64,000 bases of DNA from positions 23,002,001 to 23,066,000 of the forward strand of contig OY740783.1 of the NCBI GenBank assembly GCA_963514005.1, written 5' to 3'. The stretch comes from Raja brachyura. Lineage: Eukaryota. Shown here one piece after another: positions 12,860-26,612 of this stretch. A model generated the notes under the pieces. The model had not been told where the DNA came from and did not search any database. It worked only from the letters and a program-made list of their open reading frames with translations. Numbering within the stretch: position 1 is the stretch's first letter; every line of letters starts with the position of its first letter. The translations under genes and the position numbers were made by a program.

Positions 12860-13678
12860 CAGGAAGGAGATTGAGAACCTCGTAAACTGGTGCTAAGACA
12901 ACAACCTCTCCCTCAATGTCAGTACGACAATGGAGATTGTGATTGACCTCAGGAGCAAAGTAGTATGCTTCTTTTCAATATAAGGTGTATATTGATGGTC
13001 GAAAGCTTAACATTTTTAAGGGATAACTATCACCAGCAATTTGTCCTGGATCAGCCTTGTCGAAGCAATGGCCAAGAAAGCACAACTATGTGTCTACTTC
13101 CTTAGAAGGCTTAAGAAACATGGCATGTCCCCGACAGCCCTCGTTAACTTCTACAGATGCATCATAGAAAGCATTTTATTGGGATGCATCACAGCATGGT
13201 TTAGGAACAGCTCCATCCCAGACGGCAAGAAATTGCAGAGAGTTGTGGATGCAGCCCAGACTATCACACAAACCAACCTCCCGTCCATGGACTCCCATCT
13301 GTGCTTCACACTGTCTCAGCAGCATAATCAAGGACTCATGGTCTCACTCAGGTCACTCCCACTTTTCCCCTCTCTCTTCAGGTGAGAGGTACAGAAGTTT
13401 GACAGCGCAAACCTCCAGATTCAGACACATTTTCATCCCAGCTGCGATCTGGCAACTGAACCATCCTCTCGCCAGCTGGAGTGCAGTCTGACCTCCCATC
13501 TACATCATTGGAGACCTTTAAACTATCTTTAACTTGCATTAAATATTATACCCTTTATTTCCGTATCAGTACATGGTGGATGGCTTCATTGTATAGTCTT
13601 TTTGTTGAATGGTAGCACACAATAAAAAGCTTTTCACTGTAGATCGGTACATGTGACGGTAATAAACTAAACTAATGA
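12860..13678 (+). mobile_element. Rex1/Babar-L2-group LINE 3' fragment
   Basis: WC*DNNLSLNV, KKAQLCVYFLRRLKKHGMS...FYRCIIESIL, RYRSL; ends aataaactaaactaa. Confidence 0.82.
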
Positions 13679-14721
13679 AACAAACACAGGAAGAATCAGA
13701 CCTTCATCATTGCCATGCTACTGCTCTGATCTTGGGTTTCAGTCAAAGCAAGAGTGAGAAAGTAAGAGCATATCCCCATTTCCCTCTTTAACCTCTCCGA
13801 AGTGAGCCTCGTAAATTAATTTAATAGCAAAAGTTGACCCTGCAGTAAAACTGTAAACTGCTTGATTCAGCAGATGGAACTTGATGAGTGTAAGCAAGCA
13901 TTATAGAAAGGATCCTGTGTAGGAATCCTGCAGATGACCCAGTGATTGCTTTCAGGGCTGCGTGGGTCAACGGATAGAGTAACTACTTTTGTAGCCTAGG
14001 TTTGCCTTCCAGTGGAGTGTAGCTACATTTTCATGCTTGAAAAGGTTGGAATTAGTGTAAATTTCCACATGACTCCTCTGGCTAATGGACTAAAGGAGGT
14101 GGACATTTTTTTCCAGGGCACACAGCAACAAAAGGAACAGTATCCAGGAGCTCTGCTTTGAAGTGCTTGATTCTGACAAGCAAAACAGTGGCATCGAGCT
14201 TTGTTGCTGGATTTTTCACAACTTTATGTATAATTTGCCACAGGTGTTGGACAAAAAGGATCCTGCTTGCTGGCCAGAATATAACAAAACTTCCTGAAGT
14301 TTTACTTCATTGCACTCATAAAAAGGAGCGGAGTCAGCTGTCAGTAATATTCCTTTTGTTCAAATCTGTAAACTTTTACTCTCCTATTTAAACTGATTAC
14401 TGATGGACAACCTGACTAGAGGCACTGGTGAAATTCCAGGTCTATCTTCTGCCTCATTGCCCATCCTCCTGGTGCGTCAGCTTAATTCATGCAATCAGCT
14501 TTCATTTCAGTTTAAGGTTTAATTAGACCCTGGTGAGATCTAACCACATCACTTCAACAGTATGCCTTTGTCTTACTCCCAACAGAGTACAATTTGGAAA
14601 TCTCAGTACGGTCAACAGAATATCCCATTCTGTTCTTTGTCAGACTTAACTTGTGCAAATACCTCACACCACGGGGAGGCAAATAATCCGCTGTATTGCA
14701 GCAGTGTTACAAGACTACTTG

Positions 14722-14959
14722 TGTAGGAAAGAACTGCAGATGCTGGTTTAAATCAAAGTCAGACACAAAATGCTGGAGTAACTCAGCAGGACAGGCAACA
14801 TCTCTGGAGCGAAGGAATGGGCGACGTTTTGGGTCGAGACTCTTATTCAGACTGATCAAGGGTCAGCCTGAAGAAGGGTCTCGACCCAAAACATCACCCA
14901 TTCCTTCTCTCTGGAGATGCTGCCTGTCCCGCTGAGTTACTCCAGCATTTTGTCTCCAT
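14722..14959. mobile_element. Palindromic (inverted pair) Penelope-derived insertion
   Basis: A minus-strand copy followed by a plus-strand copy of the same ~100-bp sequence, each with the hammerhead motif. Flanking direct repeat TTACAA(G/A)ACTACTTG (14707-14721, 14960-14974). Confidence 0.78.
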
Positions 14960-15241
14960 TTACAAAACTACTTGCTTGTGACATGGCCTTGTGTTAATTA
15001 CAGCCTCTCTAGAATTCAAATATGTATTAGTAAATGTCCAAGGAGTAGAAAAGTAACTGAATATTCCAAGATTTTAGTCCAGGCCTATCATGAGCTTCAT
15101 ATTGTTTTGTGGAAAAAAAACATTCAGATAACTACTGGACACTAATATTTATAAATGTATACAGGGATTTGTATTTTTGGAGCAAAGGTTAAACAAAAGA
15201 TTGCAGGAAGGAACTGCAGATGTTGGTTTATGCCGAAGAAA

Positions 15242-15296
15242 GACACATGGACAGTCATGACAAATGGACACATGGACAGTCATGACACATGGACAC
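15242..15296. repeat. Local tandem duplication inside a Penelope-derived element
   Basis: gacacatggacagtcatgaca repeated. Confidence 0.8.
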
Positions 15297-17189
15297 CTTC
15301 AGGAATGGCACTTTCAAGTGCTGGAGCAACTCAGTGGGTCAGTCAGCATCTCTGGAGTAAAATAATGGGTGACATTTCGGGTCGGCAACCTTCTTTAGAC
15401 TGCCTGAAAAAGAAAGAGATTTGATTTACAAGGTAAAAGAGAAATGTCAAGTGATGTGCAGTAAAGTCATAATTATTATGTTTGCTCAAGCGGTGTTGCA
15501 TCAAAGAGCACTTTTCAATTACACGTGTTCTACCCTGCTGGCATTCCTGTACGGTTTGAGCCAAACCGAGCATATTTTGCTCCAACTGAATATCGTCATA
15601 CTAAAGTCATTTAGGGTATTTAATAGATGTCAGTAGTGTGTCAGACCTGCAGGAAAAGCATGAAGCATTATTCAGTTGCTGCTCTTTTGCAGGTTATCTG
15701 TGTTACCTCTTCAAGACTCTCTCAGTGTGTGTAGCCCAACACTTAAATCTCCCTTACCCATAACTAATTACAATCGCATTTGAACACCCAGCACTCCAGT
15801 ACAAACTGTATTATGCTTTGATTAATGACCAGACTACATATGAAAAAATTAGCCCTTAGCACTACTTAAGTGATTGTGTAAGCACTGAAATGAAATTGCC
15901 CTCATCTCCTGCATTTCCCTGGTCTTGAGTGGTGCTCCTTGCAAATCCAAGAGTCTTGCTTACTTTGATGTCAATAGAGCAATGTTAAGCTACCTGTGGA
16001 ACTTAAGTTACACAGTGGTGACTCCAGACTAATCTTTCTTTATGCCTTTTACACACACATGCTGACAAGGTTATAATCATAGATGGACACAAAATGCTGG
16101 AGAAACTCAGCGGGACTGGCAGCATCTCTGGAGAGAAGGAATGGGCTATCATGTTGGATGTTATCAAATGCCATCATAGAATCAGGCAACTGGATCTTTC
16201 GTGATAAAGGCAACTGTATCTTTAGTGATAAAACATGCTTCCAAATATTGCTTTCTGGATGAATGTATCATATGCTGCATGTTGTTGAATTTCTTCTTGG
16301 ATGGAGAGCCCTATTCAAAAGATATATGTGAGGATTTTCAACACTAATAGGCCAATAGTGGTATTCTAGTGTAACCATGACTACAGCTCTATTTAAGCTT
16401 CCAAGCAGTAAACATTGATTATCATTTGTTTTCATATGCTTTCTCGGATTCTCTGTTGACCAAGATTGGTGATAGTACAGGAGGCACACAGAACGATTTT
16501 GCATTGGAGCTCTCATTTGTCTTTGAATTATTATTTGCTATTTTAACTGATCAGTTATTATTCAGAAGGTTGCACTCGCACCCTCTCTGTTGCGATAGTG
16601 CCAATGAACAAAAGGTGCATGTTCTGTATGAACAGAACAATGAGGCTTTGCAACAGAACAATGAGAACTTCACTGGCTTACCAAGATGGAGCAAGGAATT
16701 TATCCGAGGCCTTGGTTGTGTGGGAGTAAATGAGTTATGAACATCTTAAAGGAATAATGGAAAGCTTTTATTGATTATCTTAAAGTTCCCATGACCTATT
16801 AGAAAGACATGACAGGTTACCTATGACATGTTCAAAAAGTCTAACCATTCTTCTTGCGAAGTCTGTTAGGATGGTCGATGATTTGCTTATGATCTAATTC
16901 TATGGTGGCTGAAGAATCCAATAAAGAACTCACAGAGTCAAAAGTGGATGGGATGTGAGGATGGATTGTTTAGGCTCCTCCATTCTACTCTTGTTCTGCT
17001 TGTGTATGGATGGCCTTCATGTGGTTCTGCCATACATGCTCTAGCAACTCAGGGTCTACCTTAATGTTTCTTTCACTGTGAATTGGAATGGGCTAAGGAT
17101 ATAAAAGTCGATAAATTTTAATTAAAACATGACTGAATAAGGCTTAGTCAGATTATGTCTTGATAATGTGCGCAGTTCTGGCCACAATA

Positions 17190-17395
17190 TTAGGTCAGGC
17201 AGCATCTCTGGAGAACATGGAATAGGTGACATTTTGGGTTGGGACCCTTCTCTAGACAGCTCACACCCAGTCTGAAGAAGGGCCCCAGCATGAAATGTCA
17301 ACTATCCATGTTCTCCAGAGACGCTGCCTGCCTGACCTGCTGTCCCTCCAGCGCTTCATGTCTTCTTCTGTAAAGCAGCATCTGCAGTTCTACAT
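17190..17395. mobile_element. Palindromic Penelope-derived insertion
   Basis: Inverted arms ggcagcatctctggagaacatgg / ccatgttctccagagacgctgcc around two degenerate motifs. Confidence 0.65.
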
Positions 17396-17899
17396 TTTAG
17401 AAAGTAGGACACGCATCATAAAGTCTGACTCATTATCCCAAGCTCGAAGGGATTGATGGTCTGTATCAGGAACAGTCAAAATTTGTCAGCAGTCAAAAAT
17501 TGATAGTTTTAGGTTTAAGTCCTTTCTCTTACCCAGAATGAAATTATTGCCTAAAGAGATTAATTAGATTCTGTCTCAGGGCAAAATATTTCTATTTTCA
17601 ATCCATTCACATAAATTATTTATTTATATATATTATATTAGATTTATATATTATGTATTGTATTAATTATTATTTATGAAGATTCACCTGAAACATTGAT
17701 GTTGAGATATTGTCAGATGGAGACAGGTGCTATTAAGGCATCCATCTGATTTCTGAAATCATATTGTCCGTAGAAATTTGGGACCAGGTTTATTGTCTAT
17801 TGGAAGGAGAAATAGAAAATCCTTCTTTGTTGATTCAGCCCCGAGGAAGGGATTGTGACCTTCAACATTTTGAACATACACGGAAATTCATATCTTGTT

Positions 17900-18760
17900 G
17901 GGGAAAGTACACAGTTAATGGCAAGACCCCCAAAAGTATTGATGTACAGATGAAACTTGAGGAGCAAGTCCATAGTTCCCTAAAGGTGGCGGCACAAATA
18001 GGTAGAATGGTAAAGAAGGTGCATAGTATTCATGCCGTTATTGGTCAGGGCATTGAATATCAGTCAGGAAGTTATGTTGCAGCTTTATGGGACTTTAGTT
18101 AGGTCACGTTTGTAGTCTTGTGTGCAGTTCATGTCGACCCATCACAGGAAGGATGGTGAAGGCTTTGGAGAGGGTGCAGAAGAGGTTTACCAGACTTGGT
18201 TTACTTGGATTCGTTGGTTTACCAGGTTTACTTAGATTAGAAGGTATTAGTTATAAGGAGATGTTGGACAGACTGAGAGAGTTTTCTCTGTAGTGTGGGA
18301 AATTGTAGGGAGACCTGATAGAAGTATGTAAAATTATGAATGGCGTAGACAGGATAAGACAGTCAGAACCTTTGTCCCAGGGTGGAAGTGTCAAAGACTC
18401 GAGGCCATAGCTTTAAGGTGAGAAGGGCAAGACTTAAAAGAAATGTGCGGGGCAAGTTTGTTCACAGAGAGTGTCTATGCCTGGAATGCACTGCCGAGGG
18501 TGGTGGTGGAGGCAGATATAACTGTCGCATTTCAGCTTTTGGAGTTTAAAGGAGATGCATGATAGGCATACACATGTTTTGTACAGAAATTGGGGTATGT
18601 TTGTGAATAGCTCTTAGCTCAGGACTAAAGGAATCAAGGCATATGGGGGAAAAAGCAGGAACGGGGTACCGATTTTGGATGATCAGCCATGATCATATTG
18701 AATGGCTGCGCTGGCTCAAAGGGCCGAATGACCTACTCCTGCATCTATTATCTGTGTTTC
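17900..18760 (+). mobile_element. Diverged CR1-type LINE 3' fragment(s)
   Basis: VHSSLKVAAQ..RMVKK, gagggtgcagaagaggtttacc and the CR1 tail gatcagccatgatcatattgaatgg. Confidence 0.78.
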
Positions 18761-19139
18761 TAATATGTTATTTTCACAGTCAATGCAGAAAATGCACAAA
18801 CATTTGAAGCGAGAACACAAAATGCATATGGAATGTATATGGAATTTCTGCGTGAATATTGGTTATCATGGGTTCCAAAGTATCTGGTGATTTATTACCT
18901 ACACAACCAATATTGTGCTGAGGGCATGGTTATTGTGGGCCCTATAAACTTTTATTTGCATGAATGCTTTGAACACAATGCAAAGGTACACCCAGAGTCA
19001 CCTCCATTCATAAATATAAAAGCAGCCTGCCTTCCACAGCCATATTATTATAATATTACAATATTTCCCTGGGCTTTGAGTTCAGGTAAACGGTTAAGTA
19101 TTTGTTTTAATCTGATTGTTTAAATCTTTATTGATTGAT

Positions 19140-19465
19140 TGAAAGATCACAGCATGGAATCAGGCACTTCAGTCTACTAAGTCCACTGAGTCCATACTGA
19201 CCAGTGATCACCCGTCCACACTAGTTCAATGTTATCCCACTTTCTCATCCATTAACTACACACTCAGGGCAATTTACAGAGGCCAATCAACCTACAAGCC
19301 CGCATGCCTTTTGGAAGCGGAAGAAATCCAGAGCACCCGGTAAAACCCCACTCGGTCACTGGGAGAACGTGCAAACTCCACACAGACAGCACCTCAAAGT
19401 CAGGATCGAACCCTGGTCTATGACATTGTGTAGCAGCGGCTCTTTCAGCTGCGCACTGTGCTGCT
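19140..19465 (-). mobile_element. tRNA-derived SINE
   Basis: Reverse complement of the same family (caggatcgaaccc, cacagacagcacc). Confidence 0.72.
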
Positions 19466-19576
19466 ATTCATACTGGTCCCCTCCTTCCCTTTTGCACTTT
19501 TGCTTTTGCAGAAAGTTACGAAATACAATGCTAGTTCAGGCACTTTTTATATGCAATAGATTCTCACACAATTTTG

Positions 19577-20110
19577 GGTGGCACAGTGGCGTAATGGGCA
19601 TCGCAGCGGTAGAGTTGCAGCCTTGCAGTCCCAAAGATCTGGGGTCGATCCTGACTATGGATGCTGTCTGTATGGAGTTTGTGCCTTCTCTCTGTGGCCG
19701 CGTGGGTTTTCTCCAGCTGCTCCGGCTTCCTTCCACATAAGCTCATAAGTTGATTAGGCCATTCTGCCCATCGAGTCTACTCCGCCATGGCTGATCTAAC
19801 TCTCCCTCCTAACCCCATTCGCTTGCCTTCTCCCCATAATGTCTGACACCCGTACTAATCAAGAATCTATCTATCTCTGGCTTAAATATATCCACTGACT
19901 TTGGCTTCACAGACTTCTGTGGCAAAGAATTCCACTCTCTGTCTAAAGACTTCCCAAAGACTGGCAGGTGTGTAGGTTAAATTACGTCTGTAAATAGTTC
20001 CTAGTGAGTAGGACAATAGTGTGTAGGACAAGGATAGAACTAATGTATGGTGTGGACTTGTTGGGTCGAAGGGCCATTTTCCACGCTGTATCTCTAAACT
20101 AAACTAAACT
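19577..20110 (+). mobile_element. tRNA-derived SINE interrupted by an inverted CR1 tail (~19740-19945)
   Basis: gcagcggtagagttgc, gggtcgatcctgact; ends ctaaactaaactaaact. Confidence 0.75.
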
Positions 20111-22414
20111 GATTATCTGGAAAAGTGAAGGAAACTGGATGAGTTCTTCTACAATGACGATATCTGCAAGTGACCGTTTTATGTGATACAAGTATCAGAA
20201 AACGGCAACGGCAGGAGTCACTGCTGATATTCTCATTTACAGGATCCTTGTGGAATAAGCACAAAATCCTAATACTGGTTCTTTGTTCGTTTTGAACACT
20301 CTACGTCCCCATGCAGCCTCTGGCAATTGTATAACCCAAAGATCTTTGACCTAGGAGAACAAACAGCTGTACCATTCCACCACAGGTGTGACTGTTCATA
20401 CTCACGCCATTAAACTCTGAAATAAACCTCGGCTCCTTTTGAGTCAGAGAGCTACAGGAGAATTATTTTTACAGCCTAGAATTTTCACCCTTCGCTTCCA
20501 GGTGTGCGATTTATTTTGGGCCAATCTTTCGCAAACCTCTTAACCTAAAATCCTTTGAAATAAGTATAGTAAATAGATAAAATAGAGATTTTTTATGAGG
20601 CGTGAAAGCCATTCATTGAAATTATACCACCCAAAAGTATTGGGGTATATTCATTTATATAACAGCTGGTCAGGAATCCGCAATAAGCTTACTTTCGAGC
20701 ATGAATGTCATATATTTTATTGAAACCCAATAAAACCTCTCTCACCCATCATGTAAGGACACAAAGTGCTGTTGTAACTCAGCGGGTTAGGCAGCATCTC
20801 TGGAGAACATAAACCGGGGTGCTGGCTGGTGCGGGCAAGTTGGGCTGAAGGGCCCATTTCCACACTGTAAGACCCTAGGACTCCATGACTCTTGGTGGAC
20901 TCTAAGAAGGATTCCTACCCGAAACATCACCTATCCATGTTATCCACAGTCTGACCTGTTGAGTTACTGCAATACTTTGTGTATTGCTGAAGATTCCCGC
21001 ATCTGCAGTTCCTTTTGTTGATCCCTGTGTCGGAGGGCCCATAGATAGTCCTGTTGAAACTTGGAAACCAGCTAAAACTCCAGGAAGTCAGCTGTTTTAA
21101 AAGAGGTCAGAGCTGGGTGAAACTAAGTTTTGCAATTAGTAAATATGTGATATGTTTAGTCTGATTGCCATGTGTAAGGTCATCCTCGCAATAAAAGATA
21201 CTTCATGTTTTTCTGCGTTGCCAATTGCATTCATCGCTTCCCTCTCTTGACTAGTTTGTCAATGCTTGTGTCACAGACCTGGCTTAAGTTCCTTTAAACT
21301 GTTCCGAGTCTGAACCCCAGTGGAGAACAGGTGTTCATCTGCACAACATCTCCCCTTACAGGTGCTCCTAGTGGGTGCCAGTATCGGGGTCAGTCTGGCG
21401 GTTATGTGAGCAGACGAGAGCGCACTGTGAATTCCTAAAAACAAATACAAGCTCGGCATGTTGAAGAAACATCACTGGGGATTTATACTGCTTCCGGACG
21501 CACAATGTTTGACTGGCTGCCATAAAAACTGCCCACCCACCTTGAGATAGCTTAAAACTTCCTAAATCCAGTTGTACAATGATTTCCCTCAAGAGGGGGA
21601 GAAACCATCCTGCCATTTTTAACAGCTTTCAGGAAAGCACACCGTCTACACATAATGCAGTCTGTTAATATTTATTAGATGTTCTATATTCTTCATGGGG
21701 CTAAAGCCTGGGTAGAAATCAGTGAAAATGCAAGGGCCAAGTCAAACTGTTTCTTTTCTCTGGGCACAAGTCAAGAGTTAAACACAGGAAAAGCGAGTGC
21801 TTCAAGTGCAGTTATTCTGTTTCAAAGGCAGCAGTATGTTTTGGTTGCAATTGGGTGCATGCTATGCAGGGAGTTCATCACAATTAGATTTGTGTCACTG
21901 CTAAATTAATATTAGCTTTAGGGCTTAGTATAGGCTGTTCCCTTGAGACTGACTGCACAAGAATAATGGAGACAATAAACTAAAATTTAAATTTAACCCT
22001 GAATGGATTAAAAGGTACACAGCAGTAGAATTGCGCCCCCCCCCCCCCCCCCCTCCCCCAAATTATATTTAAATATGCCCATTTTTTTTTGTAAGAATAG
22101 TCTCTGTTATTAAATTCCAAAATAAATGATCTATTTTTAATGGGGTTTTTTTCAATATCCTGATAGGAAGTATAGAAATTTACCCAATCCATCAATTTGG
22201 TCAAACTGTAGATCATTTGCATAGGGCAGTCACTATTTTATATCTGTTTAAAGAAAAAGTAATCTTCTTGATGATAACTTTCCTCCAGTGTTTTGCTAAA
22301 TAGTCAATTTTTTGTTTGAAGTCAATCACTGAATGTTGATTGAATAGCTAATTGGTCAATTGTTTAACAATAAACGGAATTCATTCAAATTAATTTTATT
22401 TGAATACATAATTG

Positions 22415-23005
22415 GCATTAGTGTATTATTGTCACGTGTACCACTAGACAGCAAAGTTTTGTTTGTATGCTATCCAGTCAAATCTTACTATACATGAGTA
22501 CAATCAAGCCATACGGAAGTAGAACAATAAGTACAAAGAGAATACCAGAAGGCAGAATATAGTGTTAGAGCATAATAGCACTACTGTTGCAAAGAAAGAG
22601 TCCAAGGTCTCCAATGAAGTAGGTTGGAAGATCATGACTAGAGCCCAGCTTAGGGGAGTGCCATTCAACAGTTGATAACAGTAGGGATGAAGTTGTTCCT
22701 GCATCTGGCTGTACGTACTTTCAAGCTTTTGAATCTACTGCCCAACTGGAGAGGGGGAAAAGAAGGAATGACATTGAGGCAGTGTGAATTGTAGATGGAG
22801 TAGGTAGAAGGGAGGCGTTGGTCTGTGTGTCTGTTCCCACATACACAGCTCTCAGGAAATGTTTGTGGTCTTGGGCAGAGCTGCTGCCAAACCACGTTAT
22901 GATGCATTCTGATAGGATGCTTTCTACAGTACATCTGTAGAAGTTGGAAAGAGTTGTTGGAGACATGCAGAAATTCTTTCGTCTTCTGAGGAAATAAAGG
23001 CATTG
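22415..23005 (-). mobile_element. Rex1/Babar-L2-group LINE 3' fragment
   Basis: QCLYFLRRRKNFCMSPTTLSNFYRCTVESILSECIITWFG. Confidence 0.8.
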
Positions 23006-23530
23006 TATGGAAGTAATATTGTTGATGATAATATTGCTGAGATATAGGTGGTTATTAAAAGACCATCTTCTTTCCAGAATGCTTGAAGGAAGGCTCAGAT
23101 TGAACAACATTTATTCCCCCTGCTGAATTGAACTACAAATCCCACATTTGGGCAATTAACATTCTTTAACAACTGGCAAACTCTCGACCCGAAACGTCAA
23201 CTATTCCTTCTCTCCAAAGATGCTGCCTGTCTGTCCCGTTGAATTACTCCAGCATTTTATGTCTGTCTTTGTTATAAACCAGCATCTGCAGTTCCTTCCT
23301 ACACAAATTAACTTTTATATGTATTTTGACATCAAATAAAGTGAAACATTGATTTTTAGCAATGTAGAGAGGCATGTATGGAAACAGCTGCTAATGAAAG
23401 TCAAACAATATGAATCAGTAGTGGCATATCTGCTGGCTGTTGTATCACTGGGAATGTTATTCTCAGATGGTGAGACAGATAGTGCAAGATACATTTGTAG
23501 AATGAAAGAGCAAAAGAAGAGAGGTGGCAC

Positions 23531-23842
23531 GTGGGCAGCACAGTGGCGCAGTGGTAGAGTCACTGCCCTACAGCGCTTACAGCGCCGGGGACCTGGGTTC
23601 GATCCCGACTACAGGTGCTGTCTGTCCGGAACTTGTACATTCTCCCTGTGACCGTGTCGGTTTTCTCCGAGATCTTCGGTTTCCTCCCACACTCCAAAGA
23701 CATTGTAGGTTAATTGGCTTGGTATGAGTGTACATTGGCCCCAGTGTGTGTTGGACAGTGTTAGTGTGCAGGAATCGCTGGTCGGTGCAGACCCGGTGGG
23801 TCGTAGGGCCTGTTTGCGCGCTGGACCTCTAAACTAAACTAA
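23531..23842 (+). mobile_element. tRNA-derived SINE (HE1-like), full length
   Basis: A box TGGCGCAGTGG, B box GGTTCGATCCC, core gtttcctcccacactccaaagac, LINE-like tail gggcctgttt...ctaaactaaact. Confidence 0.85.
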
Positions 23843-23844
23843 GA

Positions 23845-24585
23845 GAGACCGCTATTTAAAGTACATTATGCAAGTGGAAATTGTGAATTTGATTAGCTCT
23901 GAATTTTGTTTTATGAAGCTTCTTGGATAAAAGATAGGCATGTTAAATCAAATTTAAGTTATAACCTTAGAGGGAAACTAAACTTGAAACAGCATTATGC
24001 TCGGACCCATTTAAAAAGTATGTGTATTTCCATTTGTGAGGTGGTTTTGTGGAATGGTCTTGACGAAACGATTAAACAAAGTATGAATATAATGCAATTT
24101 AAAAAAATGTACAAAAGATATATCCTTGAAAAGTACAGTAATGAGGAAGGAGAATGTAAATCTCACAGATGTTAATGGTGCTTGTTCTTTTGTTCTTTTC
24201 TTTTTTGTTTTTTTTTAATTAATAGCTTGATTGGAGTAGTTTTATTTGAATTGTCTGTTTAGTTTATTTTATTGAATTTTGCATTTGTTAATGGTGAAGA
24301 ATGGGGGTAGGACTTGACAAGCATAGGCTTCTTCCTATCCCTTTTCGAACAAGTCTAATGTGTATTATGTTGAAATTGGCTTTTGATTTTTTAATATATA
24401 TATGTACATATATGTTATGTATATGTGTATGTGTGCATATGTGTATGTGTACGTATATATATATGTATATGTATGTGTGTATGTATTTATGTATATATAT
24501 AATTTTCCTTTTATTTATTCATTTTCATTTTTTCTTTTCTTCTCTTTTTTAATCGTTCGAAATAAAGATAAAGATAAAGATAAAT
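23845..24585 (+). mobile_element. L2/Crack-group LINE 3' end with (AAAGAT)n tail
   Basis: YNLRGKLNLKQHYARTHLKSMCISICEVVLWNGL...FKKMYK*, an AT-rich 3' UTR with a (TA/TG)n tract, and the tail aaataaagataaagataaagataaa. Confidence 0.7.
24394..24500. repeat. (TA)/(TG) compound microsatellite
   Basis: tatatatatgtacatatatgttatgtatatgtgtatgtg... Confidence 0.9.
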
Positions 24586-25167
24586 TATACCGTTATAATA
24601 TTCAATGGAAAGATATTAGAAATTTTCCATTTGTTACATAGTTAAGTGAAAAAAAAGGTATCCAAAATCTAGATTGATGTCCCTCAGATGCCTTTCTGGT
24701 CTTTTGTTAAAAAAAAAGTTATTAATAACGTGATACCGATCATCTTGTTATCAGAGTCAAATCATTAAATGTTTGCTATTCGGTTGGAACTCGAGTCCCT
24801 TTATAAGGGAATTGCTCACTCATGTTCACAGTGACTCTCATGCTTACTTCCTCTCTCTGTTTATGTGTGTTCCCATGGGAAGGGTGCAAGCATCACTGCC
24901 AGCAATGGATCGCTCAGCTTCAGTATCATCACACTCTTATCAAGCTTTGAGTGACACGTTGGCTTGTGTGACACGTTGGTTGTCTCCCTCATTTTCCAGC
25001 TGTAGCCTTTTATAGATGTCACTCAAAGTTCAGAACGTGCACGGTGAATTCTTAGCCTGTGATATGACTCTGTTGGAATGATGTTCAAGAGGAAAATGTT
25101 TAACCTTCATAACAAGGAACCAATGATCACTGCAATGCTGCTGGATGTTGGAGTGCAATGGGACAGG

Positions 25168-25510
25168 CCATTTGTTCCCAATGTTGGGGAAGTCCAGAAC
25201 AAGGGGTCACAGTTTAAGGATAAAGGGGAAGTCTTTTAGGACCGAGATGAGAAAACCATTTTTCACACAGGGAGTGGTGAATCTGTGGAATTCTCTGCCA
25301 CAGAAGGTAGTTGAGGACAGTTCATTGGCTATATTTAAGAGGGAGTTAGATGTGGCCCTTATGGCGAAAGGGATCAGGGGGTATGGAGAGAAGGCAGGTA
25401 CAGGATACTGAGTTGGATGATCAGCCATGATCATATTGAATGGCGGTGCAGGCTCGAAGGGCCGAATGGACTACTCCTGCACCTATTTTCTATGTTTCTA
25501 TGTTTCTATC
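25168..25510 (+). mobile_element. CR1-type LINE 3' end (little diverged)
   Basis: LFPMLGKSRTRGHSLRIKG...WNSLPQKVVE; tail (tttctatg)n. Confidence 0.9.
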
Positions 25511-25512
25511 AC

Positions 25513-25695
25513 AGAGGAGATGGGGAGGGAGTGAGTGAGGATGAGTGGGGGGGTAGAGAGGAAGTAGAGAGGGGGAGAGAGAGCCGGGGGATGGGTGGGG
25601 ATAGGGAAAGGAAGGGGGCGGAGGTAGAAAGAAAGGGGGGAGGTGTGAGAGATGAAGGGGAGGGGGAGGCAGAGAGAGAGAGTGAGAGAGAGAGC
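25513..25695. repeat. GA-rich polypurine tract
   Basis: G/A-rich with several G runs and (GA)n. Confidence 0.85.
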
Positions 25696-26491
25696 GAATG
25701 TGGCACAGGCAGGGAAAATTAGTGTGAAAAATACAAATGTGGAAGCAATCCTACAAGAAGGGAATTTACAAATATACTCCTGTAGTTTGGATTATAAGGA
25801 GGTGATGTTTATATACTAGCTCTTTATGTTTATATCACTGTTACTAGCTCTTTCATTTTTGGAGCAATATAACGGAGACACACTCATCATTCTCCCATGG
25901 CCGAAAGATCTAAGTGTAAAAGAGTTTGGAGAGCCTGAGAAAGTGAGTGAGAAAGTCTTACAACAGAAAAAAATGTTTCCGGAATATAGATGGAAAATAG
26001 CAGCTGCAATTTACTGTAAGAGGGAAATTATATTGTAGCCCTTGTCTTTGGAAACTAAGCTAAGGCTCATTAATTTTATCTCCATCGTGTCCTGTTGGAC
26101 TTCCTGCCGACAACGTGTGGGGCCCACTATTCTTTGTACGAGCTGATTGTCCCCTACATTTTGGCCGGAGCATTTATCACAAAGCAGTGACATCTAAATC
26201 TGGCTACAGGGAGAATTGCATGAGGTATAACAATGGCATGTCGTAACTATGTCACCACCGCCACTTACACTGAGGAAGACCAGCGGCAATCAATAATGAA
26301 CAGGTTCTCCAGCTCAGTGGTCTCAGAAAATCCGGCAGGTTTATGTGGACATGAGTGCCAGCTGCTTAAGCCTTGACATTTAAATGTCGGAAACTAAAGA
26401 GCTACATTTAATAATCACTGCAGGTGAAGAGTAGTGGGAAGTTGGAACAATTTCAAGGGTGAGAAATGAATGTAGAAATAATCAAATAAAG

Positions 26492-26612
26492 AGTGTAGGA
26501 AGGAACTGCAGATGCTGGTTTAAAACGAGGATAGACACAAAGTGTTGGAGTAACTCAGCATCTTTGGAGTGAAGAAACGGGCAAAGTTTTGGGTCGAAAC
26601 CCTTCTTCAGAC
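26492..26612 (-). mobile_element. Penelope-derived short element
   Basis: Family consensus; flanking direct repeat CAAATAAAG. Confidence 0.65.

Noticed and set aside
23531-23615. tRNA-like A and B boxes
   Set aside because: They continue into SINE core and tail and occur in many degenerate copies, so they are SINE heads rather than tRNA genes.
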